Below, one piece after another: positions 28,201 to 40,732 of a DNA stretch of 64,000 nucleotides. The stretch comes from Eledone cirrhosa. Lineage: Eukaryota. How positions within the stretch are numbered: position 1 is the stretch's first letter; every line of letters starts with the position of its first letter. The notes under the pieces are model-generated. The model saw only the letters and a program-made list of their open reading frames with translations. It did not search any database and was not told where the DNA came from. Location of the stretch: positions 138,818,001-138,882,000 of the forward strand of contig OZ024742.1 in the NCBI GenBank assembly GCA_964016885.1. Reading direction: 5' to 3'. The position numbers and the translations under genes are program-made.

Positions 28201-31200
28201 AGATATAGCGTGTTGTGAACTATCACAATATCACATTCATGTAGCGTGCTGTGAACTATCACAATATCACATTGATGTAGTGTGTTGTGACCTATCGCAA
28301 TATAACGTTGATGTAGCGTGTTGTAAATTATCTCAATATCACATTGATGTGGCGTGTTGTGAACTATGGCAATATCACATTGATGGAGTTGGTTATGAAC
28401 TATCGCAATATCTCATTGATATAGTGTGTTGTGAACTATCGCAATATCACATTGATGTAGTGTGTTGTGAACCATCACAATATCAGATGGATGTAGTGTA
28501 TTGTGAACTATCGCAATATCACATTGATATAGCGTGTTATGAACTATCGCAATATCACATTGATGTAGTGTGTTGTGAACTATCACAATATCTCATTGAT
28601 CTAGCGTGCTGTGAACTATCACAATATCAGATTGATATAGTGTGTTGTGAACTATCGCAATATCAGATTGATATAATGTGTTGTGAACTATCACAATATC
28701 TCATTGATGTAGCGTGTTGTGAACTATCACAATATCACATTGATGTAGCGTGTTGTAAACTATCGCAATATCAGATTGATATAGTGTGTTGTGAACTATC
28801 ACAATATCACATTGATGTAGCGTGTTGTGAACCATCGCAATATCACATTGATGTAGCGTATTGTGAACTATCGCCACATCACATTGATGTATCGTGTTGT
28901 GAAGTATCGCAATATCACATTGATGTAGTGTGTTGTGAACTATCACAATATCTCATTGATGTAGTGTGTTGTGAACTATCGCAATATCACATTGATGTAG
29001 CGTGTTGTGAACTATCACAATATGTCATTGATATAGTGTGTTGTGAATTACCACAATATCACATTGATGTAGCGTGTTGTGAACTATCTCAATATCACAT
29101 TGATGTAGCGTGTTGTGAACTATCGCAATATCACATTGATGTAGCGTGTTGTGAACTATCTCAATATCTCATTGATTTAGCGTGATGTGAACTAGCGCAA
29201 TATCACATTGAAGTAGTGTGTTGTGAACAATCGCAATATCACATTGATGTAGCGTGTTGTGAACTATCTCAATATCTCATTGATTTAGCGTGATGTGAAC
29301 TAGCGCAATATCACATTGATGTAGCGTGTTGTGAACTATCGCAATATCACATTGATGTAGCGTGTTGTGAACTATCTCAATATCTCATTGATTTAGCGTG
29401 ATGTGAACTAGCGCAATATCACATTGATGTAGCGTGTTGTGAACTATCACAATATGTCATTGATTATCGTGTTATGAACTATGGCAATATCTCATTGATG
29501 GAGCACGTTGCGAACTATCGCAATATCACATTGATGTAGCGTATTGTGAACCAGCGCAATATCACATTTATGTAGTGTGTTGTGAACTATCGCAATATCT
29601 CATTGATGTATGTGTTATGAACTAACTCAATATCTCATTGATGTAGCGTGTTATGAACTATCGCAATATCACATTGATGTAGCGTGTTGTGAACTATCTC
29701 AATATCTCATTGATTTAGCGTGATGTGAACTAGCGCAATATCACATTGATGTAGCGTGTTGTGAACTATCACAATATGTCATTGATTATCGTGTTATGAA
29801 CTATGGCAATATCTCATTGATGGAGCACGTTGCGAACTATCGCAATATCACATTGATGTAGCGTATTGTGAACCAGCGCAATATCACATTTATGTAGTGT
29901 GTTGTGAACTATCGCAATATCTCATTGATGTATGTGTTATGAACTAACTCAATATCTCATTGATGTAGCGTGTTGTGAACTATAACAATATGTCATTCAT
30001 GTAGTGTGTTGTGAACTATCGAAGTATCGCAATATCTCATTGATGTAGTGTGTTGTGAATTATCGCAATATCAGATGGATGTAGTGTGTTGTGAACTATC
30101 ACAATATCTCAATGATATAACGTGTTGTGAACTATCACAATATCATATTGATGTAGCGTGTCGTGAACCATCGCAATATCACATTGATGTATTGTGTTGT
30201 GAACCATCACAATATCACATTGATGTAGCGTATTGTGAACCATCGCAATATCACATTGATGTAGTGTGTAGTGAATTATCGCAATATCTCATTGATATAG
30301 CGTGTTGTGAACTATCGCAATATCTCATTGATGTAGTGTGTTGTGAACTATCATAATATGTCATGGATGTGGCGTGCTGTGAACTATCGCAATATCACAT
30401 TAATGTAGCGTGTTGTGAACTATCGCAATATCTCATTGATGTAGTGTGTTGTGAACTATCGCAATATCTCATTGATGTAGTGTGTTGTGAACTATCGCAA
30501 TATCTCATTGATGTAGCGTGTTTTGAACTATCGCAATATCACATTGATGTAGCGTGTTGTGAACTATCGCAATATCTGATTGATGTAGTGTGTTGAGAAC
30601 TATCACAATATGTCATTGATGTAGCGTGTTGTGAACTAGCGCAATATCTGATTGATGTATCGTGTTGTGAAGTATCGCAATATGACATTGATGTAGTGTG
30701 TTGTGAACTATCGCAATATCTCATTGATGTAGCGTGTTTTGAACTATCGCAATATCACATTGATGTAGCGTGTTGTGAACTATCGCAATATCTGATTGAT
30801 CTAGTGTGTTGAGAATTATCACAATATGTCATTGATGTAGCGTGTTGTGAACTAGCACTATCTGATTGATGTAGTGTGTTGTGAAATATCGCAATATGAC
30901 ATTGATGTAGTGTGTTGTGAACTATCACAATATGTCATTGATGTAGTGTGTTGTAAACTGTCACAATATATCATTGATGCAGTGTGTTGTGAACTATCGC
31001 AATATGACATTGATGTAGTGTGTTGTGAACTATCGCAATATCTCATTGATGTATCGTGTTGTGAACTATCGCAATATCAGATTGATGTAGCGTGTTGTGA
31101 AGTATCGCAATATCATATTGATGTAGCGTGTTGTGAACTATCAAAATATCTCATTGTTGTAGCGTGTTGTGAACCATCGCAATATCACATTGATATAGCG

Positions 31201-31256
31201 TGTTGTTAACTATCGCAATATCTCATTGATGTAGCGTGTTGTGAACCATCGCAAAA
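22206..31256. repeat. 36-bp satellite array (~250 units) with higher-order repeats
   Basis: Unit is approximately CAATATCWCATTGATGTAGCGTGTTGTGAACTATCR. Identical variant blocks recur at a 2633-bp offset (22511/25144, 24028/26661) and again at 30048. Confidence 0.97.
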
Positions 31257-31274
31257 TAACAGCTGTGTGAAAAT

Positions 31275-32023
31275 AACATACACACACATACTCACACACA
31301 CATACATACACAAACTCACACACACAGACACACATAGACACACACATACATACACACATATATACATACATATACAAACTCACAAACACACAGTTACTCA
31401 CACACACACATACACACACATACATACACACACACATACATACACACATACATATACACACATACACACACGAATGTCATACAAACATTAATCACACACA
31501 CATACATACACAGACACACATACACACACACATACATATATAAATACAAGCATACATACATACATACGTATACACACACTCACACACATACATATGTAAA
31601 TGATGAAGGTATACAAGCATACATACACACACACACATATATACACACACATACACACACATACATATGTAAATACAAGCATACACACACACGCACATAT
31701 ACACACACATACATATGTAAATAAAAGCATACATACATACACGCACACATACATACATATGTAAATACAAGCATACACACACACGCACATATACACACAC
31801 ATACATATGTAAATAAAAGCATACATACATACACACACACACACACATACATATGTAAATACAAGCATGCATACACACACACATACATATGTAAATACAA
31901 GCATACATACACACACACATACATACATATTTGAATACAAGCATACATAGAGACACACATACACATATGTATGTAAATACAAGCATACATACTCACACAC
32001 ATACATACATATGTGAATACAAG

Positions 32024-32081
<58 letters not shown>

Positions 32082-32198
32082 CATATGTAAATACAAGCAT
32101 CCATACACACACACACATATGTAAATACATACATACATACATACACACATGCATATGCAAATAAAAGCATACATACATACATACACACATACATATGT
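31275..32198. repeat. Compound (CA)/(CATA) microsatellite with a recurring atacatatgtaaatacaagcatac motif
   Basis: The motif recurs more than 10 times at irregular spacing. Confidence 0.85.
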
Positions 32199-35100
32199 AA
32201 TTCTAAAATGTCTTGCACAGAGTCGGCAACCAAAACATTCACTGGGAATAGTCGGCTGTGGTTGGAGTTCGTGTACTTTTGCATGTCGCTTGAGCCCTCC
32301 TGCTGATTTACATTCTCTACCACATGTTTGGCAAGCTTGATGAGTAGCATCTCCAACAGCAGCCTGGTAGTCAACCACTGGTCTTACTTTATGACAGCAG
32401 AGATGTTAGCGTCTTTCAGAGAGGCTTTCAAGGAATCCTTATACCTCTTTTTTGGTTTATGTGGCGGTCGTTTTCCTTTAACCAACTCTCCATAGAAGAG
32501 TTGTTTTGGTATTCTAGAATCCTTCATCCTGGCAAGGTGACCACTCCAACGGAGTCGTTGCTTAAGCACAAGAGCTTCTATACTGTCACACATAGAGCTT
32601 TCCAAAATCTCGACATCACTGATGTGGTCCCTCCAGTGAACGCCATGGATCCGTCTGAGACACATCTGATGGAAACGCTCCTATTGCTTAAGGTGGTGTC
32701 GATATGTGACCCAGGTCTCGCAGACATAAAGAAGACAAGAGAGTACACATGCCCTGTACACCTTTACCTTTGTCCTCCTGCATATGTCTCGCCGTCCCCA
32801 GAGTCGCCTTTCTAGCTTTCCGAAAGCATCACTTGCTTTCCTAATCCTAAGTGAGATTTCACTGTCAAGGTTGCCGTATCGATTGGCAGTGCTTCCCAGG
32901 TAGACAAACTGATCAACCACTCCAAGTCGTTTGCCATACACATAGATGTTTGGTTCAGTGTACTGCTTACTAGGGGCAGGTTGGTACATGACGACGGTTT
33001 TCTTGAGACTGACAGTCAAACCCAGGGCAGTGCAAGCGTCAGAAAATGCATTCAAAATGTGCTGCATATCACTCTCTGTGTGCGCTACAAGATCGCAATC
33101 ATCTGCATACAAGAGGTCTCTTATGATTGATGTAAATACTTTTGTCTTCGCAGTAAAGCGCCTGATGTTAAATATGCTGCCTGAGGGTCGATATCGGATG
33201 TAAACACCATGCTCGCAATTCCTGAATGCAATACAGAAAACCATTGCAAAGTATATGGCAAACAGGGTCGGTGCTGGAATATCCCCCTGTTTCACTCCAT
33301 TTTTTACTGAGATAGGCTCCGACATGTTACCTCCGACATTAACCCAAGCCTTCATGTCGTCATGGAAAGACCTAACTAAAGCAAGTAACTTATCAGGGCA
33401 ACCAAGTTTCTGGAGAACCTTCCATAATGCATCTCTGTTGACAGTATCGAAAGCCTTTGTCAGTTCGACAAAAACCTGATACAGATCCAAGCCTTGTTCA
33501 ATGCACTTCTCCTGGAGCTGTCTAGCTGAGAAGATCATATCAGTAGTGCCGCGTCCAGCACGAAAACCAGATTGACTTTCAGGAAGAACACAATCTGCAA
33601 TGTGTGTCAGCAGACGGTCCAGAAGCACCCTACATAAAACTTTCCCTACGACAGAAAGCAATGATATACCTCTGTAGTTCCCACAATCATTCCTGTTACC
33701 CTTTCCCTTCTACAAGACCACCATTACTGCATCTCTCCAGTCCTCAGGTACGGATTCATTAGCCCATATCCTTCCAAACAAAGAGTGCAGATGTTGCAGG
33801 AGTCTCTCACCACCATATTGTAGGAGCTCAGCATGTATGCCATCCATACCTGGAGATCTTCCACTGTTCAGCTTCGAAATAGCCACTGCAACCTCCACAA
33901 GCGTCGGAGGTTCTGCGAGAGCTACTTTCACAGGACTTTCTGGAATGAGATTGAGGAAATCTTCACTGATGACAGACGGCTGATTAAAAAAATCATCAAA
34001 GTGCTCTCGCCACCTTCGTAGAATTCCTTGTGAGTCACGAAGAAGTTCTTTGCCATCCTTGCTGCGAAGCGGTGTCACCAGAGAAGAAGACGGTCCATAA
34101 ACCTCACGCAAGAGACTGTACAACAGCTTTGTGTTATTGGAATCAGACGCAGTTTGTATCTCACCAGCCTTCTCACTCCACCACTGATCCTTCATCTGAG
34201 AAAGACTCCGCCTAACACGTGATTTTACATCCCTGAGCTCCTCATGCAACGTATTCCTCTCCTGTGGTTTTGCCGTCAAGTAGCGTGACAGAGCACGCCT
34301 CTTATCAGCCAACAAGTCTTCTATATGTACATCATTCTCATTAAACCAGTCCTGATGTTTTCTCTGCACCAATCCCAGAACACGCCTGCCCACATCATAA
34401 ACCGACTTTTTAAGGGTCGGCCAATCCTCACCAAGATCTGCAGCCTGCATCTCTTCTTCCAATGTCCTCTTCACATTTTTATCCTTAAGACGAGCAGCAT
34501 TCAATCTTTTGGGCAGGGTAACACCAGGAGCCCGGATTTTACGTTTGGTGATTAGTTTCACTTTTGCGCGTACCAGGCGGTGGTCCGTCCAGCACTCAGC
34601 TCCACGAAGAACACGAACACACTGCACATCCTGTCTGTCACGCATCCTGACTAGGACGTAGTCCAAAAGATGCCATTCCTTAGATGCAGGATGCATCCAT
34701 GTGGTCTTGAATTTGTTCTTTTGTTGGAACATGGTGTTGGTAACACACAGATCCAGCTCCTCACACATCTGCAGCAGGAGCATACCATTGCCGTTACACT
34801 TTCCCACCCCATGCCTTCCGATTACATTCCATGTGTTAAAATCCCTACCCACTCTAGCATTAAAGTCACCAAGCACGATGACTTTGTCTGCCTGAGGGAT
34901 ATTTCTTAGAACACCTTTCAAGGCATGGTAAAAGGACAGTTTTTCTTCATCGACAGAATTCATAGTTGGAGCATACACACTCACCAGGGTAGCATATCTT
35001 CCTTTGTCCAGCAGAACTCTCATGGACATAAGACGCTCACTAATCCCTACTGGGAATTCTTCTAATTTATTCACAAGTACAGTCTTAACAGCAAATCCTA

Positions 35101-35370
35101 CCCCAGCCTCTCTTCTGGTTCCTTCATCTCTTCTTTTCCAGAAGAATGTATATTCTCCACAAAATTCCGTAAGATGACCATCCCCAGCTAACCTCGTCTC
35201 AGATAAAGCCACGATGTCAAGATCGTAACGTCGAAGCTCCTTTGCAACAAGAGCGGTCCTTCGTTCAGGACGCTCCAAGGAATCCCTGTCAAGCAGCGTC
35301 CGTACGTTCCAGCAGCTAAGACTAAATGCCTTGTTTGGCTCTATTACAATGGCACGATGACGAGCGGGCC
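32199..35370 (-). mobile_element. RTE-clade LINE, near full-length ORF (APE endonuclease + RT + C2H2 finger), disrupted
   Basis: EN motifs: WNVRTL, ERRTALVAKELRRYDLDIVALSETR, VYAPT, LGDFNARVG, LDYVL, TDHRLV. RT motifs: SPGMDGI, QSGFRAGRGTTDMIF, KAFDTVNR, GVKQG, LLYADD, FVYLGS. C-terminus: CQTCGRECKSAGGLKRH. There is a frameshift near 33710, a stop at 32681 and an apparent deletion near 32384. Confidence 0.93.
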
Positions 35371-35522
35371 CAGGCTGTGATAACTTGGGGCCCCTGCCCT
35401 TATTGCCAATGATCTTTTTTGTTCCAGAACCTAAATTGCCAATTATCTCTTTTACATTGTTCTGGAACATCATTGTATTGGAAAAAAAATAAATAAATAA
35501 ATAAGTAATAATAATAATAATA

Positions 35523-35703
35523 ATTGTTTCTACTTTAGGCACAAGGCCAGCAATCACCAGTTCATTACTGGTACTTTATTTGATCGACCCCGTAAGGATG
35601 AAAGGCAAAGTCAACCTCGGCGGGATTTGAACTCAGATCGTAAAGGGACGTAACTATGCTGGAAAGCATGGCGTCCGACCCTCTACCGATACTGCCAATC
35701 CAC
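35523..35703 (-). mobile_element. SINE family A copy embedded in (AAT)n
   Basis: Full-length match, with AAT tracts on both sides. Confidence 0.88.
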
Positions 35704-35714
35704 GAATAATAATA

Positions 35715-35777
<63 letters not shown>

Positions 35778-35879
35778 GTACACTATTAATAATTATTAAT
35801 GCACTCGTGCAATGCCTGTGCGTGACGAATATTTTTAAAGTGAGGAAAGACTGTGCACTGAGCCAATCCCACTCTCTGA

Positions 35880-36080
35880 GCGACAGTAGCTATAACCCGA
35901 AAAGAAGAAAAGATCAACATCATCGGTAACTACTGAGCCGCAGGTTTTATATCGGAGTTAACCCAGTTCCCTGGGATGCCTTCTCCTAGAAGAATGCCCT
36001 GACAAGGGCTAGGGGTCCTTCACTCCCAGTGGTTTAACTGCGCGATCGGGCATCCAGCCCGATTATTTCTATGTCCCCGC
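35880..36080 (-). mobile_element. Probable RTE 5' UTR fragment
   Basis: Minus-strand ctagcccttgtcagggc...ctaggagaagg...aaaacc resembles RTE 5' UTRs as I recall them. Same orientation as the RTE ORF downstream. Confidence 0.45.
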
Positions 36081-36204
36081 GCGCGCAAAAAAAAAAAAAA
36101 CTCACTTATTGACACTTATACGTACGACATACACACACACGCATACATATGCGCGCACACAGCAACACATACATACAAACACACACACGCTACTCTACTC
36201 ACTT

Positions 36205-36238
<34 letters not shown>

Positions 36239-37732
36239 TACCGTCATTACTGATACAAGATTACAAGATTATGTCAACTGTTGACTTTCAAGAGTTTGTA
36301 TAGTTGAAGCCGTTCGTATTACAGTCCAGTAAATTGCTTTACAGCATAGAGTTATGGCTCTCCACGCTCTGAGCTCAAATCCCGCCGAGATCAACCTTGC
36401 CCTTCATCCCCACGGAGTCAACAAAAGAGAGTACCAGTGATGCGCTGGCCAGTCGCTGGATCCGTGCCAAAAGCAGAAAAATTATTATTAAAGTTGTTTT
36501 CTTAAGGCCCGGTCGCTGGTGATGGTGATGGCGGCGGCGGTGGCGGTGGTGGCGGTGGTGGCAGTTGATGTTGTTGTTGTGTTGTGTGCGTGTGTGTGTG
36601 TGTTTTGTTATTTTGATTTTTTGGGGGGTTTTTTCTCCCTTTTTTTTTCTCTTTTCTTTTCTTTTCTTTTCTTTTCCTTTCCTTTTTTTATGTTTTGATG
36701 CCGCTGTTGTTGTTCATTGTAAATGTTCATCTCAGTTCATTCTGAAGCTGTTGTTGCTGTAAACATTAGTGCCGGTGTTGTTGTTGTTGTAGATGTTGGG
36801 GTTGAAATCTGGTCGTTTGACTGAGTGATGTATATACACACATATACATATACACACATATATATATATATATATATATACACATTCAACAGAGAGTAGA
36901 GAGTTTGACAAGTCGATGACTTTAGTCTAGATAGGGTATGGTATGTAATGACATGTGATGGTGGGGAGAGAGTGTAGACGTTATTGTGGTGGTGGGGACA
37001 GTGAGATGTATCTAGTTCATTTGGCCGTTTTCTTCTCTTAGCAAAATTTGAATTTTAGCCATGTTATATTGAGATGTAAGTAAATGTAAAATGTAAGATA
37101 TAAATAAGGATTGCTCTGCTAAAATATACTAAAATATTTGTGTAACTTCCACAAACTTCTATCGTGACATTCCCGAGTCCAGTGACCAAAAAATTTGTTG
37201 TATTTTGATGTTTCAGAATACAAAAATTAATTAAAAACTTACCCCACGAAAAGACAGCGTGTGTTGTCCTATCTATAAGCTCCCTCATATACAAGCATAC
37301 ATACAAGCATACACACATATATACACACATGTATATAAGTAGAACGATGCAATACGCAAAAGAATACATACACATGCACACACACCTATTTACACACGTG
37401 TGTACATATAATTACAAACACACGCCTACGTATGTACATGCATGCATAAACAGACAAACATACATACAAACACACACACAGACACACAACCACACGCAAG
37501 CGTATGTACATACAAGAATACCTACACACAAAAAAAAATACCGAAATAAATACATACACACACATCATACAGGCACGCGTATGCAAATACAAACATATAT
37601 ATAAACACACACACATACATTTATTTACATACAAAGATATAAATATACACACATACACTCATATATACAAAAACGTCTGTGCATACCCGACCTATATACA
37701 CACACATCTGTCAATTCAAAAATGTATACATA

Positions 37733-37966
37733 CACTCACTCATAAACATACACTCACTCATAAACATACACACACTCATAAACATACACTCACTCATAAA
37801 CATACACTCACTCATAAACATACACTCACTCATAAACATACACTCACTCATAAACATACACACACTCATAAACATAACTCACTCATAAACATACACACAC
37901 TCATAAACATACACTCACTCATAAACATACACACACTCATAAACATACACTCACTCATAAACATAC
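37733..37966. repeat. 18-bp minisatellite (cactcataaacatacact), ~13 units
   Basis: Tandem units are directly visible. Confidence 0.9.
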
Positions 37967-38198
37967 AGAGCAAACAACACGGACACTCTATCTCAAAATT
38001 ATTTTTGAAAAGCATTTAGAAATGCGCAACCGGTAAAAACTTAAAAACTTAAAACCACAACTGAATACTAACCCATACAATCACTAATACTCTTTTATTC
38101 CTAATTAAACTATTTTTTAACTGCGAACAATTTGTCAGCATTTTCTATTCCGTTTACCAATATATAATAACTTGTGTGTTACACCTCTATTCTTTTAA

Positions 38199-38260
<62 letters not shown>

Positions 38261-38388
38261 TTCGATGTTGTGTGTATTTTTTATCAATATTGTTAATATT
38301 AATGATACTCCAGATAAAACTTGTAGAGTGCTTCTAATCTGTTGTAAAATTAACTTTGTTGAATAATCAACAAACCATGTAACTCATT

Positions 38389-38442
<54 letters not shown>

Positions 38443-38565
38443 GGTGTGGGATGCTTAAAGCGTCCGTAAGCGGTGGGCCATTTGAACACTCGTTGCTCTT
38501 ACAGAGCAGAGTATGATATCACATAAGAAACGGAGAATCAGTTTTGCGACGAATAAAATTTATTA

Positions 38566-38660
38566 GACATATTACAATCGTTTCTCTGGCGACCAGCTCG
38601 AGGCACGATCGATGTAATGATCGAACCTGACTCTGAAATCGCAAGGTCCTCAGATATGTC
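38566..38660 (-). ncRNA. Type I hammerhead ribozyme motif
   Basis: Minus strand: GACATAT-CTGAGGA-[long stem II]-GAAA-CGATTG-TA-ATATGTC. 7-bp stem I, near-palindromic stem III, GUA site. Confidence 0.75.
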
Positions 38661-39424
38661 TCGATTCTACGAAGCTGAGTTTCCAAATGTCCAGTTACAC
38701 CCGCGGACTTCACTCGACAGCTTAGATCCTGTTGTTGTCTGTCATTCTATGAGTGGTCAAGAATTGTACACGTCATCGGTATTTTTGGCCACTCATAGCC
38801 ATCCTATATTTGGTTCCTTTCATTCGCCACATGTCAATGAAAGTTGTTTGTTAAATCGGAATTACTATTATAGGAGGTAAGGGTTGTATGATTGAACCGC
38901 TCGCGCCCTGTCGTCGCCCTCTCAACTTGTAGGCGCCCTCACCATGTCCATGTTTCGCGCAGGCGTGATACACACGGGCACTTATACACCCACAGCGATC
39001 ACGTACACACCCGCAACTGTATTATATGCGACAATCACAGTAGATATTGAATGAGAAGCGAATACTTAGAAAGAATTTTTAAAAAAATGGAAATACATTT
39101 AACAGAACGTTTCAGAAAAACACACCCTCAAAATACCTTATAGAACACACATTTCAAAAAGAAAAACCCTGTAAAAAGACTATATACGCTTTCCTGAGTA
39201 CAGTGTGTGTGTGTGTAGATATGTGTATATTTATCAAAAATACCTTTGAATTAACTTTTTTGAAAGGCTATTTCAAGCATTCTTTTAAAAACGTTCTTTT
39301 TACAGGGTTTATCTTTTTGAAATGTGTGTTTTTTAAGGTATTTTGAGGGTGTGTTTTCTGAAACGTTGTCCAATAAATGTCCAATAAATTGTATTCGTCG
39401 CAATACTGATTCTCCGTTTCTTAT

Positions 39425-39468
<44 letters not shown>

Positions 39469-40026
39469 TAAATTACCGAGAATCGTATTTCCGCTATTGG
39501 AAATTAGCGAAAAACAACTTCCGAGATGTGTGGCAAGCGCTCCATAGAAGCTAATGAACTACAGCTACAACATAAGTTAAAAGGCCAAACACACTGAGAC
39601 GATGGTTTAACCATTATCCGCACACCCATAGAAAATAGAAACGACCAAGTAATTCGGGTCAAACAAATAAAATATGATTGAAAAATTATATTCGGACCCC
39701 TGGAAGGTTGGTAAAATATCCAGCATTTGAGTTTCTGCAACTCCTAAATCAAGTACTGTTCGCTTAGACAAATAATGTTAAGCTTTTGGTAAGATGATTG
39801 AACAAGGAAGTCACTTTCTCAACAGGTTTTTAGTTCAAGTGCAAAGTGAAGGACTGACCGTTATCAAAACCCACGTGGGGCTCGACAAGGGGGGGGGGGG
39901 GGGCAACCCTTAGTTTTGGCGGATGAATTCAGTATGTGTGTTATTATTGCAAAATTGCAAAGTATCACAAAACGAATTAAGTTCTCAACAGAATGGTTTT
40001 AAAATTAACAAAAGCTATTCATCAGT

Positions 40027-40121
<95 letters not shown>

Positions 40122-40161
40122 ATATATATGGGGACCATCGCTGAATTGATATTGCTGGGCA

Positions 40162-40283
40162 TCCACTGATGAGTTATAAGTGCCCACCTGCATGTATACC
40201 TATGGACTATATGCAGGCTTCTACATAATCTGGACATTATTTTCCCAATTTGTAGAAAACATATAACGAAACGATCGTTTGGA
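40162..40283 (+). ncRNA. Type I hammerhead motif with expanded, branched stem II
   Basis: TCCA-CTGATGA-GTTATA...TATAAC-GAAA-CGATCG-TT-TGGA; palindromic stem III. Confidence 0.7.
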
Positions 40284-40463
40284 AGGAGAGATGTATTTAA
40301 TTATGTCCCATATAAAATAATACAACCGGCTATCTGTAAAATACAATATAGTTAGCACCCCAAACAAATAATTAGGATTATACACAGGTATATCCTAATG
40401 TTTGTTGAGTGAGATGGATGTCGGTCGGAGTATTGCTTAAAGCTTTCTCTGTTAATGTATTAA

Positions 40464-40517
<54 letters not shown>

Positions 40518-40660
40518 GGATACTATTTATGGTTATGTATATATTAAAACTTTTTATAGTTATGTATATGTTAAACCATAAACAGTGAAGGTCAGTAATT
40601 TATTACTACCATATTACCAGTAAGATAAATAGCTCAATGTAATAACATCAGTTGTTCTAC

Positions 40661-40731
<71 letters not shown>

Positions 40732-40732
40732 T

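Noticed and set aside
22206-31256. CRISPR-like array, or Cys-rich repeat protein (CCELSQYHIDVA)n, e.g. ORF 28280-29185
   Set aside because: The 36-bp units are contiguous with no unique spacers, and there are no cas genes. The ORFs arise because 36 is divisible by 3, mostly lack ATG starts, and are broken by stops and frameshifts.
35370-35557. N-terminal extension of the 615-aa RTE ORF
   Set aside because: Read-through from the SINE tail and (ATT)n, not part of the element's coding sequence.
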